A stretch of 64,000 bases of DNA, taken from Squalus acanthias. Taxonomy: Eukaryota. The DNA is taken from assembly GCA_030390025.1 (NCBI GenBank), contig CM059432.1:149360001-149424000 (forward strand), written 5' to 3'. This document shows, in pieces, positions 37,377-49,665 of this stretch (positions within the stretch are counted from its first letter, which is position 1; each line of letters starts with the position of its first letter). Both the position numbers and the translations under genes were made by a program. Under the pieces are notes generated by a model. The model had not been told where the DNA came from. It was given only the letters and a program-made list of their open reading frames with translations, and did no database searches.

Positions 37377-38783
37377 ATTATCTTCAGAGGATCTTTGGGT
37401 GGGTGTGAGTGCAAGCAAATAATCTCGTAGATGGCGTCGGATGGTATCGTATGATGTAAGAATGATAGAATCTTACAGCGCAGCTATTCGGCCCATCGTG
37501 CCTATGCTGGCTCTTGGAAGGAATTATCCCTTTAGTCCCACTCCCCCCGCTCTTCCCCATAAACCTGCAATTTTCTCGCCTTTAAGTATTTATCCAATTC
37601 CCTTTTGAAAGTTAGTATTGAATCTGCTTCCACCGCCCTTTCAGGCAGTGCATTCAGATCATGTTAACTCTCCATTAAAATAAAATTCTCCTCATCTCAC
37701 CTTTGGCTCTTTTTGCCAATTACCTTCAATCTGTGCCCTCTGGTTACCGACCCTTCTGCCACTGGAAACAGTTTCTTATTTACTCGATCAAACCCCTTCC
37801 TGATTTTGAACGCCTCTGTTAAATCTCGCTTTAAGGAGAACAATCCCAGCATCTCTAGTCTATCCATGTAACTGAAGCCCTTTATCCCTGGTACCATTCT
37901 AGTAAAAGTCAGGTGGTTTATTATCACCTGATGGCAAAAGTCAGCTTATTTTTTATTTAAATTGGCCTCATCCAATATTTGTATGGACACGTGAATGTTA
38001 TTTATGACGCCTTCTCCAAAGAACGACACCAGTGCCTCACAGGAATAATCCTTAGTTGACGGGGGGAAAATACACCATTCAGTTCTATTTATGACTAAAT
38101 TAATTGGTTTTGTTCCTTCAGATTTTAACATCATTAAAAGAGAAAATATCTTTTTAAAGGGTTCTGTGTCAGGAAACTGTGAATTATAGAGTCTGCCCTT
38201 TGACCTGTGGGACCTGGGTTCAAAACCAACCCACACTGATTGGGGGGTGGGAGGGGAATCTCTTGCTGGGTGTTAGTCTATGTGAACTGCATTTGGACAG
38301 TCTCCTAATGAGTGTGGGCCTACAGCACGAAACTGCCCCTAATCTGGCACTTGTTGGCAGTGTCGGTCAGCGAGGCCGCAGAATGGGTGGGATGGAAAAT
38401 GGAAAAATTGTCTCGGGGGTGCTCTTCTGAGCTTGGTGCTGAAGTATGTTGTTCGGGCAAAGTTAGAGGGAGCTCTTGCCTGCATCTGGCAGTACTGTGT
38501 CTCACCTGAGCATGCTTGCTACCACAGGGTATGAAATAGAAGAGTTCTATTCCCCAGCACTAACCTTTGCGCATCAAAAATTAAAAGTATTCAGTGGAGT
38601 TCAATTTTGACAGCTGCGAATACGTTTCACTACTCGTTGAAGGGTTAAATGGTTTGGAGTTGATAATGATGCATCCCTTTTATTCTGTCGGATGCAGATG
38701 AAGCGTTTACTCATTTTCCAGAATCCAAAGGCAAATATTTAGGAAATAATTCACTTTTTCCAATCCCTTGCTTTTCATTGTAG

Positions 38784-38951
38784 GTCAGACTGAAGATGTG
38801 CGTTTCCTTCTGCAGTTAGGAGCTGATCCCAGTATTCCGAATAGATGGAACAAGCTCCCAGCTGACTACCTGAAGAAAAATAAGAACTTTAGAGCAGTCG
38901 ATTTGATCGGTAAACATTGTTTAGTAACGGCGACGGCCCCAGCATTCCAAG
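38784..38951 (+). CDS. TRANK1: TRANK1 exon, ankyrin: QTEDVRFLLQLGADPSIPNRWNKLPADYLKKNKNFRAVDLIGKHCLVTATAPAFQ
   Basis: ttcattgtag| acceptor, LLxxGADP ankyrin motif. Donor is G|gtacca at 38951, with an alternative in-phase G|gtaaac at 38909. Confidence 0.88.
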
Positions 38952-39049
38952 GTACCAACCTGCTGAACAACTTGACATTCTCTTTCACAGAAGATGCGTT
39001 GGAAGTGCAGTAGTTACAAATTATTTTCTCACTTTTATCATCTCTATAG

Positions 39050-39220
39050 AAGCAGCAAACCAGACGGAGGAGAGCAAGTCTGCTTGTCCAGCCGTCACGT
39101 TTGAAGAGGCTGCCGTGCAGCTTGTGCAGTTTTGCAACACGGAAAGAGAGGAGACTTGTGTGGACTTGTTGACCCAAACCCAAGTCCAGGTGTTTCTCCA
39201 ACAGCTGTCCACCATGACAG
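39050..39220 (+). CDS. TRANK1: TRANK1 exon: AANQTEESKSACPAVTFEEAAVQLVQFCN...VQVFLQQLSTMT
   Basis: tctctatag| acceptor, CAG|gtaggc donor, phase 1-1. Confidence 0.85.
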
Positions 39221-39989
39221 GTAGGCCGTTCTTTACAAATGTAAACAGAGTGTCCGAGCGAATAAAACAAACTCATTTACAATTTTTATTTTTTTAATAA
39301 TATCCAGACTTTGTGATTGTTGGGGAACCAGAACCGATACCAACTAAGACAGCCGATCAAATTCTCCCTGTCTCTGTCTCTGTCCTGTTCACACTTGAGC
39401 CCGTGCTCGCTGTCGGCTTCTCGCACTCATTTTCTCTTGTCTAATTTATTAACTGCAGGTATCAGAATTCAGGATTATTGTCTTGTTTTATCGAGCAGGG
39501 GTTTGGGTTTTAAGCAACACTGGGGTTTCTGGTTCAGGGCTTCAAGGGTTGATTCCAATAGGTGCAGCCTCCTGCTGAGAAGTGTGACATGCTGGAGCTG
39601 CTGGGACCGAGAGGGGGGTATTGGCATGTTCACAAGATAGCAGGCCTCCGTGTTGCACAGGAGATGGTGTTGTGCTTGTGTGCACAGCCATGGGCTGTCT
39701 GCTAAGAATTCACTCTTGGGATGGCAGTAATTTTAAAACAATTACTCTTGTAGAAACTGCCCACGATTTGGGTAAACCATTTTTTTTCTAGCAAGAAATT
39801 AAGTGATTCTGCACTTTTTAAAAAAAAAAGTGTGCATACTATTGGAACAAACGAACCATTTATTACTGTACCTTTCCATAGAATGATAAGAGTATCCAGT
39901 AGTGCATAAAGTAGGATTTATTCGTATTTAGATCAGGAGATAGCTGGGAGGGTGGTTGTCTGGGGTCTATATAGAGTCACCAGTAGGAA

Positions 39990-40600
39990 CCACGATCTCT
40001 GGCTGTTCACCCCCCCCCCCCCCCCCCCCCCCTCAGAATGTCCTGCAGCCACTCAGTAACATCCTTGACCCTGGCACCAGGGAGGCAACATACCATCCTG
40101 GAGTCACGTCTGCGGCCGCAGAAACGCCTGTCTACTCCCCTAACTATTGAATCCCCTATCACTATTGCTTTCCCAATCTTCCTCCTCCCCCCCTGTACAG
40201 CTGAGCCACCCGTGGTGCCGTGGACTTAGCTCTGGCTGTACTCCCCAGAAGAACCGTCGCTTCACCAGTATTTAGAACTGAATACCGGTTAGAGAGTGAG
40301 ATGCACTCTGGACTCCTGCACCACCTGCTTGGTCCTCCTTGTCTGTCTGGCGGTCACCCATTCCCTCTCTGCCTGCGCACTCTTAAGCTGCGGGGTAACC
40401 ACCTGCTGAAACGTGCTAGCCACGTAACTCTCAGCCTCACAGTGACGCCAGCTGCTGCTCAAGCTCCGAAACCCGGAGCTCGAACTCCCCCAGCTGCCGA
40501 CACCTCCTGCACATGTGGTTGTCCAGGACACGGGAAGCGTCGTAGAGGTTCCACATGGAATAAGATGTGCATTCCACGGGACTGAGGTGCCCTGCCATGC
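39990..40600 (-). mobile_element. CR1 LINE ORF1 fragment (zinc finger / coiled coil + SGNH esterase), degenerate
   Basis: Minus-strand translation gives ECTSYSMW..HMCRRCRQL..FELRVSELEQQL and IVIGDSIVRGVDRRFCGRRRDSRMVCCLPGARVKDV. Confidence 0.8.
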
Positions 40601-40982
40601 CTCGACTTAATAGACTATTAACTAACTTAACAGAAATAAACTCAAGACTTTCAGCTCCTTGCCTTGATCTGACGTCACCTTTAGTTGTTTTTTTTTTACC
40701 TCGCTCCCTGACGCTCGTGCACCCTCTGGGCTCTCGGGCCTACCTTTATCTGCGGGCGCTCTCCCGCAGGTCCGCTCTCAGGCCTATTAACTTAGAGTCC
40801 TTGGGTTCTGTGTCTCCACTCCTCCTTTTCTGTTGGACATCTCAACCGCCTTCCTCCTCTCCACTGAATTTCTGGTATCACCAAATTCCATCCACTCTGC
40901 TTGCGATCCACTCCGAGTGCGTTCACCCAGCTCTGTCTCTAAGCTCTGTGCTCAAGCGCAATTTACCTGCTTGCAATAAATA

Positions 40983-41465
40983 CAGGAAACTCTTTGGTAT
41001 CCGGGACCGGCGTGGTGCCGGTTGATCGAAAGTTCCGGATAACGGAGAGTTATATCTATCGAGGCTATTTTCAACAAAGAAAAAAAAAATCAAGGAATGT
41101 GCAGTATACAGTATTTGGGTACTCACCTACAGAATGTTGTGTTAAATGGATGGTGGAAGATGCTTGATTAAGTACAGTACTGCCAGTTGAGAGTAATCCA
41201 TAACTCTTTAATTACTTAACAGTAAGTGAGACTCCCGGCAGCGTGGGAGAATCAACTCCTGCTACTGCAGTGTTTCGGACTTCCGACAGCGCCAGGAGGC
41301 CGAGTAGTGGCACTTTTGAAAACTACCCCTACTGACTAAATCGGCGTTCGCGGACTCGGGATCGGCAACATTGCCGGTTATTTGAGAGGAGTTTTCGGAG
41401 GATGATTTTTGCTGGTTAAGCGAGAATTCCAGATATTTGGGTGCCGGATAAACAAGAGTTTCCTG
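40983..41465. mobile_element. Tc1/mariner (pogo/Tigger-like) MITE, second copy
   Basis: TA|CAGGAAACTC...GAGTTTCCTG|TA. The body matches 9155-9567. Confidence 0.85.
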
Positions 41466-41579
41466 TAGTGACTATTGGAAATTAATCAGAAATCTTTGCC
41501 ACAGTTCTTTCTCGCCCACATAAACAGCTCCCTTGTTTTCTTTTTCTGTGTTCTGACATGAGATGTTGTGTTCCATTGA

Positions 41580-41970
41580 AACGTATCTCACTGAAACGTA
41601 TAAAATTCTGACAGGGCTAGACAGACTGGATGCAGGGAGGATGTTTCCCCTGGCTGGGGGGTCTAGAACAAGGGGTCACAGTCTCAGGATACGGGGTAGG
41701 ACATTTAGGACTGAGATGAGGAGAAATTTCTTCACTCAGAGGGTGGTGGACCTGTGGAATTCTCTACCACAGAAGGCTCTGGAGGCCAAGTCACTGAATA
41801 CATTTAAGAAGGAGATAGATAGATTTCTAGACACAAAAGGCATCAAGGGGTATGGGGATAGAGCGGGAATATGGTATTGAGATAGAGGATCAGCCATGAT
41901 CATATTGAATGGCAGGAGCAGGCTCGAAGGGCCGAATGGCCGACTCCTGCTCCTATTGTTCTATGTTTCC
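41580..41970 (+). mobile_element. CR1/HER1 LINE 3' fragment
   Basis: ETYKILTGLDRLDAGRMFPL..TRGHSLRIRG..LWNSLP. Confidence 0.9.
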
Positions 41971-43064
41971 CTCTTGTGTAGCATAATGATTAGGCCAAAA
42001 GAGAGGTTGTGATTTCCTTTGCCACCTGTTGTGAGGGAATACAACAGTTTCTTTTTAGTGGTCGAGCTCTGTGGCATAGCAAATGGGGAGTCAAAACCAA
42101 GGCAGGGTTAGAGGGCGAGGGATAATTGGACCTGGGCGCAGAGACATTGCAAAGTCATACATTCTGCAGCCCCGCCACAGTGGGAGTATATAATTACAGT
42201 GTAACATGGGTACAGGAGGAGGCCATTCAGCCCCCCTCGAGTCTGTTCAGTCATTCAATTAGATCACGGCTGTTCTGTATCTTAACTCCATCTACCCACC
42301 TTGGTTCTGTAACCCTTAATATCCTTGCTTAACAAAAATCTATGAATCTCCGTTAATTGACCGAACCTCAGCAGCCTTCTTGGGGGACGAGAGTTCTGAT
42401 TTCTACTACACTTTGTGTGAAGAATTGCTTCCTGACAAGTTTACATAGCGTATCCCCATAATAAATATGGCTGTAGGAATTTATAATGAAAAGCGAATGT
42501 AAGGTTTTTAATAAATAAATATATCGTGTTGCTTTTTAATTTTAATTTTCTTTCCCTCTCTTTTTTCTGCCAATTTTCTCCACTCAGCCCCATCTCTCCT
42601 GAAATTAGACTCTTGGCTGGTGTAGGTTCCATGCATACTGGGTCCTCCAAAACCTCACTCAAGTGCCCATTGTGTGGGTCTTGTCAGTGAGCGTTAGCTG
42701 GCTATTTGAGGTCCACAATAACAGTTATTGGATAGGATTGTGAGTGGAAAGTCAAGTCAAATTTGATTTTTTTTCTACTTTTCCGCTCCCCAACCAGTCA
42801 GTCCATCATTGCTCTGGCTGAGATCAGCTCGCTACGTACGGATCAGGATTGGAACCTGGCGTCTTCTCATTCTGTATTGGCCAGTGACGTCATACCTTAA
42901 TCAGCTGAGTCATTGGCGAAGCATTTCGCCTTACCTTTAAAGCATTAGCTTACTGGGAATACTAAATGCCACATAGGTTATTTGTAGTGCAGTTGAGAAT
43001 GGTGAGAAGGCACAGGACTATAAATGAATGAAAGAGAAGCATGGACCCGTGTGTTAAATACAGT

Positions 43065-43744
43065 GGCCCAGATATTCCGATCGCAGGCCTCCCGCAGGGC
43101 GGAGGGCTGCGATCTGGAAAAATCTGCACCCTTACCTGAGGGCTCCCGGGAGGCGCAGAGTTCCGCTCCTGGGCCTCTCGAACTCTAAGTGCGCAGGGCC
43201 CACGTATCCCAGGGGCGCAGGTAGTTCGCAGCGTCCCTGGGATCACGTGGGCCATGGGGAGCCAATCAGAGAAGGGAATCTCCCTTCATACATTTGACAG
43301 GAAGACCTGTCAAATATATGAATGGAGATCACCCCCAAAACATAGTAAAACTTCAAATACATTTTTTTTTAAATCACATTTTAAAAATGACTTGAAATTA
43401 CATAAATTAACAATTTTAAACAAAAGTTTAAATTTTTGAAAAAAATAATTAAAGTTTTTAACGGGGTTAAAAATAAACTTACTTTTTAAAAAAAAGTATT
43501 TTTAAATGATAAATCAGTGGAAATTTTTTTTTAACTTTTTCATCTCTTATCCTGGTAAAAGCAGGCCTTACGCAGGCTTTTACCAGGCGTAAGATTTCTA
43601 AGGGTTTTCTGCAAGCTTTCTTGACAGATCGGAAATGCCGGTTTCCAGCGCATGCGCAGTGCATGCCTGAAACCGGCATTTCCAATGTCCCTACGGGTGG
43701 GTACACAGCGCGTACACACCCGTAGGGATCGGAATATCCGGCCC
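43065..43744. mobile_element. Non-autonomous DNA transposon with 18-bp TIRs (possibly PIF/Harbinger-like)
   Basis: GGCCCAGATATTCCGATC ... GATCGGAATATCCGGCCC (16/18 inverted match), GC-rich ends and AT-rich centre. Confidence 0.7.
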
Positions 43745-44085
43745 ATTAGGAAAAGGACAAATCTGAACAATTTGTATTGGGAGAGATGGAATGTGCAGTC
43801 AACTAATTTCATGTGCGTTAGTTAAAACCAGTGGAGTCGTCCTTCTGTTTAGCGCAGGTCTGCCCCTCCATGGAACAACAGTGCAGATGAGGTTCTGCTT
43901 TGGAAAGGAGAGGTTAAAGTGTAAAGTGCCAAATGAAGATTGACTCTGCTTATTAGAGATGTCTACTGAGCTGAAAGTTTACCCAAGAGAAATAAGTTCT
44001 AATGTACTTTGAACTTGGTTATTTTGAGAGAGTTGCAGTTGTCTCCAGTTGAATAACCTTCTATATTTGGTTTTTTTCTTTGCAG

Positions 44086-44331
44086 AGATTAACACAGCCA
44101 CTTTATGCAACATTGAGCCCCGTGTTGCAAGCAGGTTGATCAAGCAGCTTCTTCACAGATGTAGATGGCACGAAGTTTTGCTCTTGCTGACTGGGGGAGG
44201 TAACAAAAAGCAAAGCAAGCAGGCTGTTCTGAGATGCGACCTCTCGGGCCTGGATCTTTGCACCATCATTTGTGACCTCGACAGGCACGAGAGCAGTAAA
44301 TGGCTTCTGCAGAATTTGATAAACCGTGGAG
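44086..44331 (+). CDS. TRANK1: TRANK1 exon: INTATLCNIEPRVASRLIKQLLHRCRWHEVLLLLTG...LLQNLINRG
   Basis: ttttctttgcag| acceptor, G|gtaagt donor, phase 1-1, RWxEVLLLLT motif. Confidence 0.92.
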
Positions 44332-44599
44332 GTAAGTTAGCTGTCAGCATGGTGTTCACTGTCTTTTATTGAAACCACCATCAATTTTAAAGCTGCATCA
44401 CACTGTCCTCTTCTATGACTTCCTCGAATACAGCAGTGTCTGCACTTCAAAAGTACTTCATTGGCTGTAAAGGGCATTGGCCCATCCTGAGGTCATGAAA
44501 GGCGCTTTTAATGAATGTCTTTTTTTTTTACTTTCCCATTTTTCCACAGCAGTTACTAATCCAGTCTTCCATTGTTTTTTTTGCTTGTTTTTTTTACAG

Positions 44600-44773
44600 C
44601 CTCTCCATGTGGAGTTGGTACGAAAGAATCTCCCATGCAGCTGTCTTTGACAAAAGAGGACTTCAAGCTTGTGCATCTCTTGCTAGACAATGGGGCGAAT
44701 CCACACGATCTGACTCTCACCCCAGGCGATACACCTCTTCACGCCGCAGTCTGTATTGTCCTGGACAAAAAAG
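44600..44773 (+). CDS. TRANK1: TRANK1 exon, ankyrin: SPCGVGTKESPMQLSLTKEDFKLVHLLLDNGANPHDLTLTPGDTPLHAAVCIVLDKK
   Basis: ttttacag| acceptor, AAG|gtctcg donor (weak), LLLDNGANP and GDTPLH ankyrin consensus. Confidence 0.93.
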
Positions 44774-45181
44774 GTCTCGCTGTGAATGTTAACTTACCAG
44801 CTCTTTCGAAACCTGCTTCACTAGAATTCTTAAACCAAACTTTTATCACGCTCAAAGTCTTCTCTTAAAATACAGAAACGTGATTGCAGGAATTTAAAGC
44901 AGTTTGCCATCTCGGTAACATAGGTGTTTCCAAAACCTCAGAAATGCTCCCTTGTCATCTGACTGAAAATTCCACAGTTTAAATATTTGTATTTTTTAAA
45001 CGCTTACAGTGACAATTCCTTGTTTCTCTTTTTTAATTCTGACACGCAAACCTGACTTGGGATAGTATTTACTTCCCTCTATTTTTAAACGTGGGGCCCT
45101 GAGATTCTGCTTGCTCTGTAACTCTGGTGGGGATCTCGCCGGATCTCCGCCATTTTCCTTCGAGTTCTGCTGGTCTCCTAA

Positions 45182-45641
45182 CATAACATAAGACGTAGGA
45201 GCAGGAGTAGGTCATTTGGCCCCTCGAGCCTGCTCCGCCATTCAACATGATCATGGCTGATCTGATCTTGGCCTCAACTCCACTTCCCTGCCCGCTCCCC
45301 ATAACCCTCGACTCCCTTATCGTTCAAAAATCTGTCTATCTCCACCTTAAATATATTCAATGACCCAGCCTCCACAGCTCTCTGGGGAAGAGAATTCCAA
45401 AGATTCACGACCCTCTGAGAAGAAATTCCTCCTCATTTCCGTTTTAAATGGGTGCCCCCTTATTCTGAAATTATGCCCCCTAGTTCTAGATTCCCCCACG
45501 AGGGGAAACATCCTCCCTGCATCTACCCTGTCAAGCCCCTTCAGAATCTTATATGTTTCAATAAGATCCCCTCTCATTCTTCCAAACTCCAATGAGTATA
45601 GGCCCAACCTGCTCAACCTTTCCTCATAAGACAACCCCTTC
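45182..45641 (-). mobile_element. CR1/HER1 LINE 3' fragment
   Basis: YEERLSRLGLYSLE..RGDLIETYKILKG..TRGHNFRIRG. Confidence 0.9.
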
Positions 45642-46791
45642 AACTCCGTCTCCTGCCTGAATTACCAAGGCCACCGTGGAATTTCAGGGCTTTAGTCCCA
45701 GTGGGGAATTTTCCTAATTTAAACGGGTGTAAAAAGGATCAAACTTAGTTTGCATCATAAAAGTATTGCCATATTCATGAAATTTAATCTGAACTACAGT
45801 TCATGGAATTATGTATTTCTAATTTTAGTTTTTGAGGTTTCTTTTGGGCAAACTGAATTCTTGGTTGTGTATCCAGAAACATTGAATATAAAATCATGCG
45901 GGGTAACTTGGAACTTCTGCAAGACTTTGCCTTACCTACTGGGTCATTGGATTCCTTCCTCGACCAGGAGGTGCTGCATAAAGTCACCATTATCATCGTT
46001 ACTTTATTTTAAATATCAGTCTGCGTAGGTTGACCCTCTCCCACCGCCCCCCCAAAATAAATGATTAGTAGTATCAGCCCCTTTAAGGAGGAGGAGGGAG
46101 AGATGGGCGGGCATTTGACTTGTGGGCCAGGCGCACCTGACCCACATTACTGCCAGTCTACATGAAACAGGACCTAAGTTAGGCTGCTGTTGGGAGTGTT
46201 ATTTTTGGTTCTGGGCGCTCCCATTACAGGCAGGATCTAAGTTGCGGCACAGATCCACGAGGATGTTGCCGGGGTTGAGCGATCGTAGTTATGAAGAGCG
46301 AAACTTGAGAAGTCAGTGTTTTTTTCACTGGAGCTGGCTAAGAGGTGACCTGGTGGAGGTCTTCAAGATTACAAAAAAGGTTACAGTAGAGTAAATAGTG
46401 CTTGCTTCCGTTGGTTGGTGGGTGGGACGATAATGAAAGGACACAAATTTAAGATGGGTCACAAGAAGTATTAAAGGGAAGGTTAGAGCTAATGCCTTTA
46501 CACACACAATGGTTAGAATGTGGAATTCTGTGGCACAAACCATTGTTGAAGCCAAGTTCATCAATAATTTTAAAAGAGAATTAGATAGTTGCTTTAAAAA
46601 TAGGAATATTAAGAATAGCGCAGGGCAGGAGAATGGGTTTAGAGTAGGTGGCTTGCAGCGAGAAACAGGTGCAGACTTGGAGCACGTGAGCTGTTTCTGT
46701 AGCATCCTGTGATTTCTATTGATCGTTTCTGGGTTGCTACGTCTAGTTAGTGTTAAAATATTTCATGTTCTCTTTTCTGTTCTACTTGCAG

Positions 46792-49665
46792 ATGAGTTTG
46801 GTTTGCACATACTGAAATGTCTGTTGGAAAAGTACAGCTCTGATGCAGCTAGCTTTCCGTACCTCCATCCCAACTCTCAGGACAAGGATGGAAATACCCT
46901 CCTGCACATCTTATTTCACAAGCCCTACTCTAAAAATCATGAGGAAATAATGGATCTGATCACCAAGTTTGAAATCAGCAACAAGACAAAGAACAAGGAA
47001 GGGAAACTGTTTACATACAAAATTAAAAAAGACGACCCTCGATTCATCATGTGGAATAAAGTGTCATCACGAAACCGAAAGAAGAGGGAACAAAATGACC
47101 AGAGCCAGAAGTTGCGGGCTTCAAAAAGTGTGAAGAATGTAATGAGCCGAAAGCGGCCTTCTCACCAGGAGACCGAGACGTCGGAGACTTCACAGCCTGA
47201 CCCGCTGCAACATCTTAATGGCTCCTGTGACCCCCTCCCTCAAGTGGAATTGGAAGGACATCCACTTAAATCAAAGGATGAAGCAAGCATCGCTTTAACC
47301 GTGGAAGAAATCCTCGTGAATGAAATTGCAAAAATGATTCAACAACTTAATGTGGTCGAGACTCCGACGGAAGCGAACCCTCCGAAACTGCCCCTTTCCG
47401 ACACTTTGCTCGGTAATTTGACTCAGACTTTGGAGGCGAGGTCGCCAGTCCTCGAAACTGAGCGTTTCCAAAATGCTGACCATGTTGAAGCTGGAGTGTT
47501 GAACGGGGCCACAGAGCATTCAAACTGTGGTTCAGTACAGCAAGACCCGAGACCCGAAGAAGTGACCGATCTGCAAGACCTGGACTTCGACAATATGACG
47601 TGGGAGATTGAGTGTACGTCCGAGTTGCTGAAGAAGCTCGGTTGCAGAGACGTACCTCAGCAGATGAAAGCAAAAACTGTAAAGGTGATTCGGCAGCTTG
47701 GCAATGGGGAATGGACTCAGAGCCTCCAGAAACCACTCAAACACCTGCAAAGCTCCATCAAGCTTTACGAAGCGAAACTCGACAAAGGAGCAAGGTTGCT
47801 ATGGGAACTAGCAGTGGACTTTTCACCACGCTGCAGTGAAAAGCCAGAGAAGATCTTTGAATCGGAGCTTTCTTTTCATCCTCAGGAGAGAGTCACGGGA
47901 AGGGTGTACAGTGAGATTATTCGAATCTGGGATATCATCTTAGACCACAATAAACTCAAGCGCGCATTGGATCTGATCTCCAGTTCTTACAATCGTGGGG
48001 CCTCCTGCATCCTCCGGAAGAAGCTCAAAGGGATAAACAAAACTCTGCTTACCTCGAATTTAAATGTCCAAAAGAGGATCCCATTGATCTTTGTGGAATA
48101 CGTTGATTGGAAAGAACGGAAAGAAAAAGTATCTGAATACTTCCCACCTGCTAGTGCAGTGGAGACCGAGTACAACATAATGAAGTTCCATAGCTTTAGC
48201 ACCAATATGGCTCTTAACATCATTACTAATCTGGAGTCCAGAGTTGAATATCCTTTTAGAGTGGGAGAGTTAGAGTATGCAATAATTGATCTTGTCCCTA
48301 AGCCGTTACAGGCAATCATTCTGATTGGACGAAGTGGAACGGGGAAGACCACTTGCTGTCTCTACAGACTTTGGAAGCGTTTCCAACAGTACTGGGAGCA
48401 AACGCAGGAGGATGGAAGCCCATGGTTGGTGCGACAGGTTTGGCAGAAAAGGAAAACCGGGATTGTGGATGATGGTGAAAAGGAAGCAGCAATGATAGAC
48501 GGCAGAACAGACCACTCTGATTGTGCCAATGGGGAGAAATATTTTGACTCGATGGAGCAAAGCTGTGATTTGGATCGGAATGGAATGGCATCTTCCAGTT
48601 GTGACAGTGAGTTGACCAATGGTCAAGATGACGTGCCAGTGAATCCAGATGGTGCTGACAGACTTGAGCACTTGCATCAAGTTTTTGTTACCAAAAACCA
48701 TGTCTTGTGCCAGGAAGTCTTGAAAAACTTTATGGAGCTTACAAAGTCCACCAAAGTTACGGGCCACTTCAAACCTCTCGAACCTACCATTTACAGACTT
48801 CAGGACATTAAGGATGAGAACTTCCCCCTGTTCATAACCTCAAAACAATTGCTGTTGCTAATTGATGCATCCCTGCCAGAACCTTTTTTCCCTCGAAACG
48901 AAGACGGCAGTCTAAAAAGGAATATTGTGGGTTGGTCTGTTCAAGAAGATATGACCATACCAGATTTAGGAGACGAGGATGAGGAAGAGGAGTACGAAGG
49001 AGAGTTTCTAGATGATGAACGTAAGGTTGCAGAGGGTCATACCACCAAAGAATTTGATCCTCGTGTCTTTGTGACTTATGAGGTATTTGCACACGATCTT
49101 TGGCCCAAAATGGTCAAAGGCAAACCTCAGTTTAATCCAGCTTTGGTGTGGAAGGAGATCAAGTCCTTTTTGAAGGGTTCTATTGAGGCTTTAAATAGTC
49201 CTCAAGGTTGCCTAACGGAAGAGCAGTACATTAAACTGGGGAGGAAGAGAGCACCAAACTTCCAGGAAGACAGAACTGAAATCTACCGCTTCTTCTACAT
49301 GTATCAGCAAATAAAATCACAGGGGAGGTGCTTCGACGAGGAAGACTTGCTGTACAACCTGTCGCTGCGATTATCCAAGTTGGTTGAGCTGCCATGGTCT
49401 ATTCACGAACTGTATGGGGATGAAATACAGGATTTTACCCAGGCAGAGCTTGCCACCCTCATGAAGTGCATCAATGACCCAAATTCCATGTTCCTCACTG
49501 GCGACACTGCTCAAAGCATAATGAAGGGGGTGGCCTTTCGCTTCAGTGACCTGCGATCCCTCTTTTATTATGCCCATGATTCCAATCACGACGACAAGAA
49601 ACGTTATAATGTAATAGTGCCGAGCAGAATATACCAACTGCATCAGAACTACCGATCACATTCAG
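46792..49665 (+). CDS. TRANK1: TRANK1 giant exon (2,874 nt): last ankyrin, linker, RelE-like segment, SF1 helicase motifs I-IV
   Basis: Within the 995-aa ORF, with tacttgcag| acceptor and CAG|gtattg donor. Motifs: DKDGNTLLH, Walker A GRSGTGKT (48327-48350), FVTKNHVL, Walker B DEIQD (49419-49433), GDTAQSI, QNYRSH. Strong recalled similarity to vertebrate TRANK1. Confidence 0.97.
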
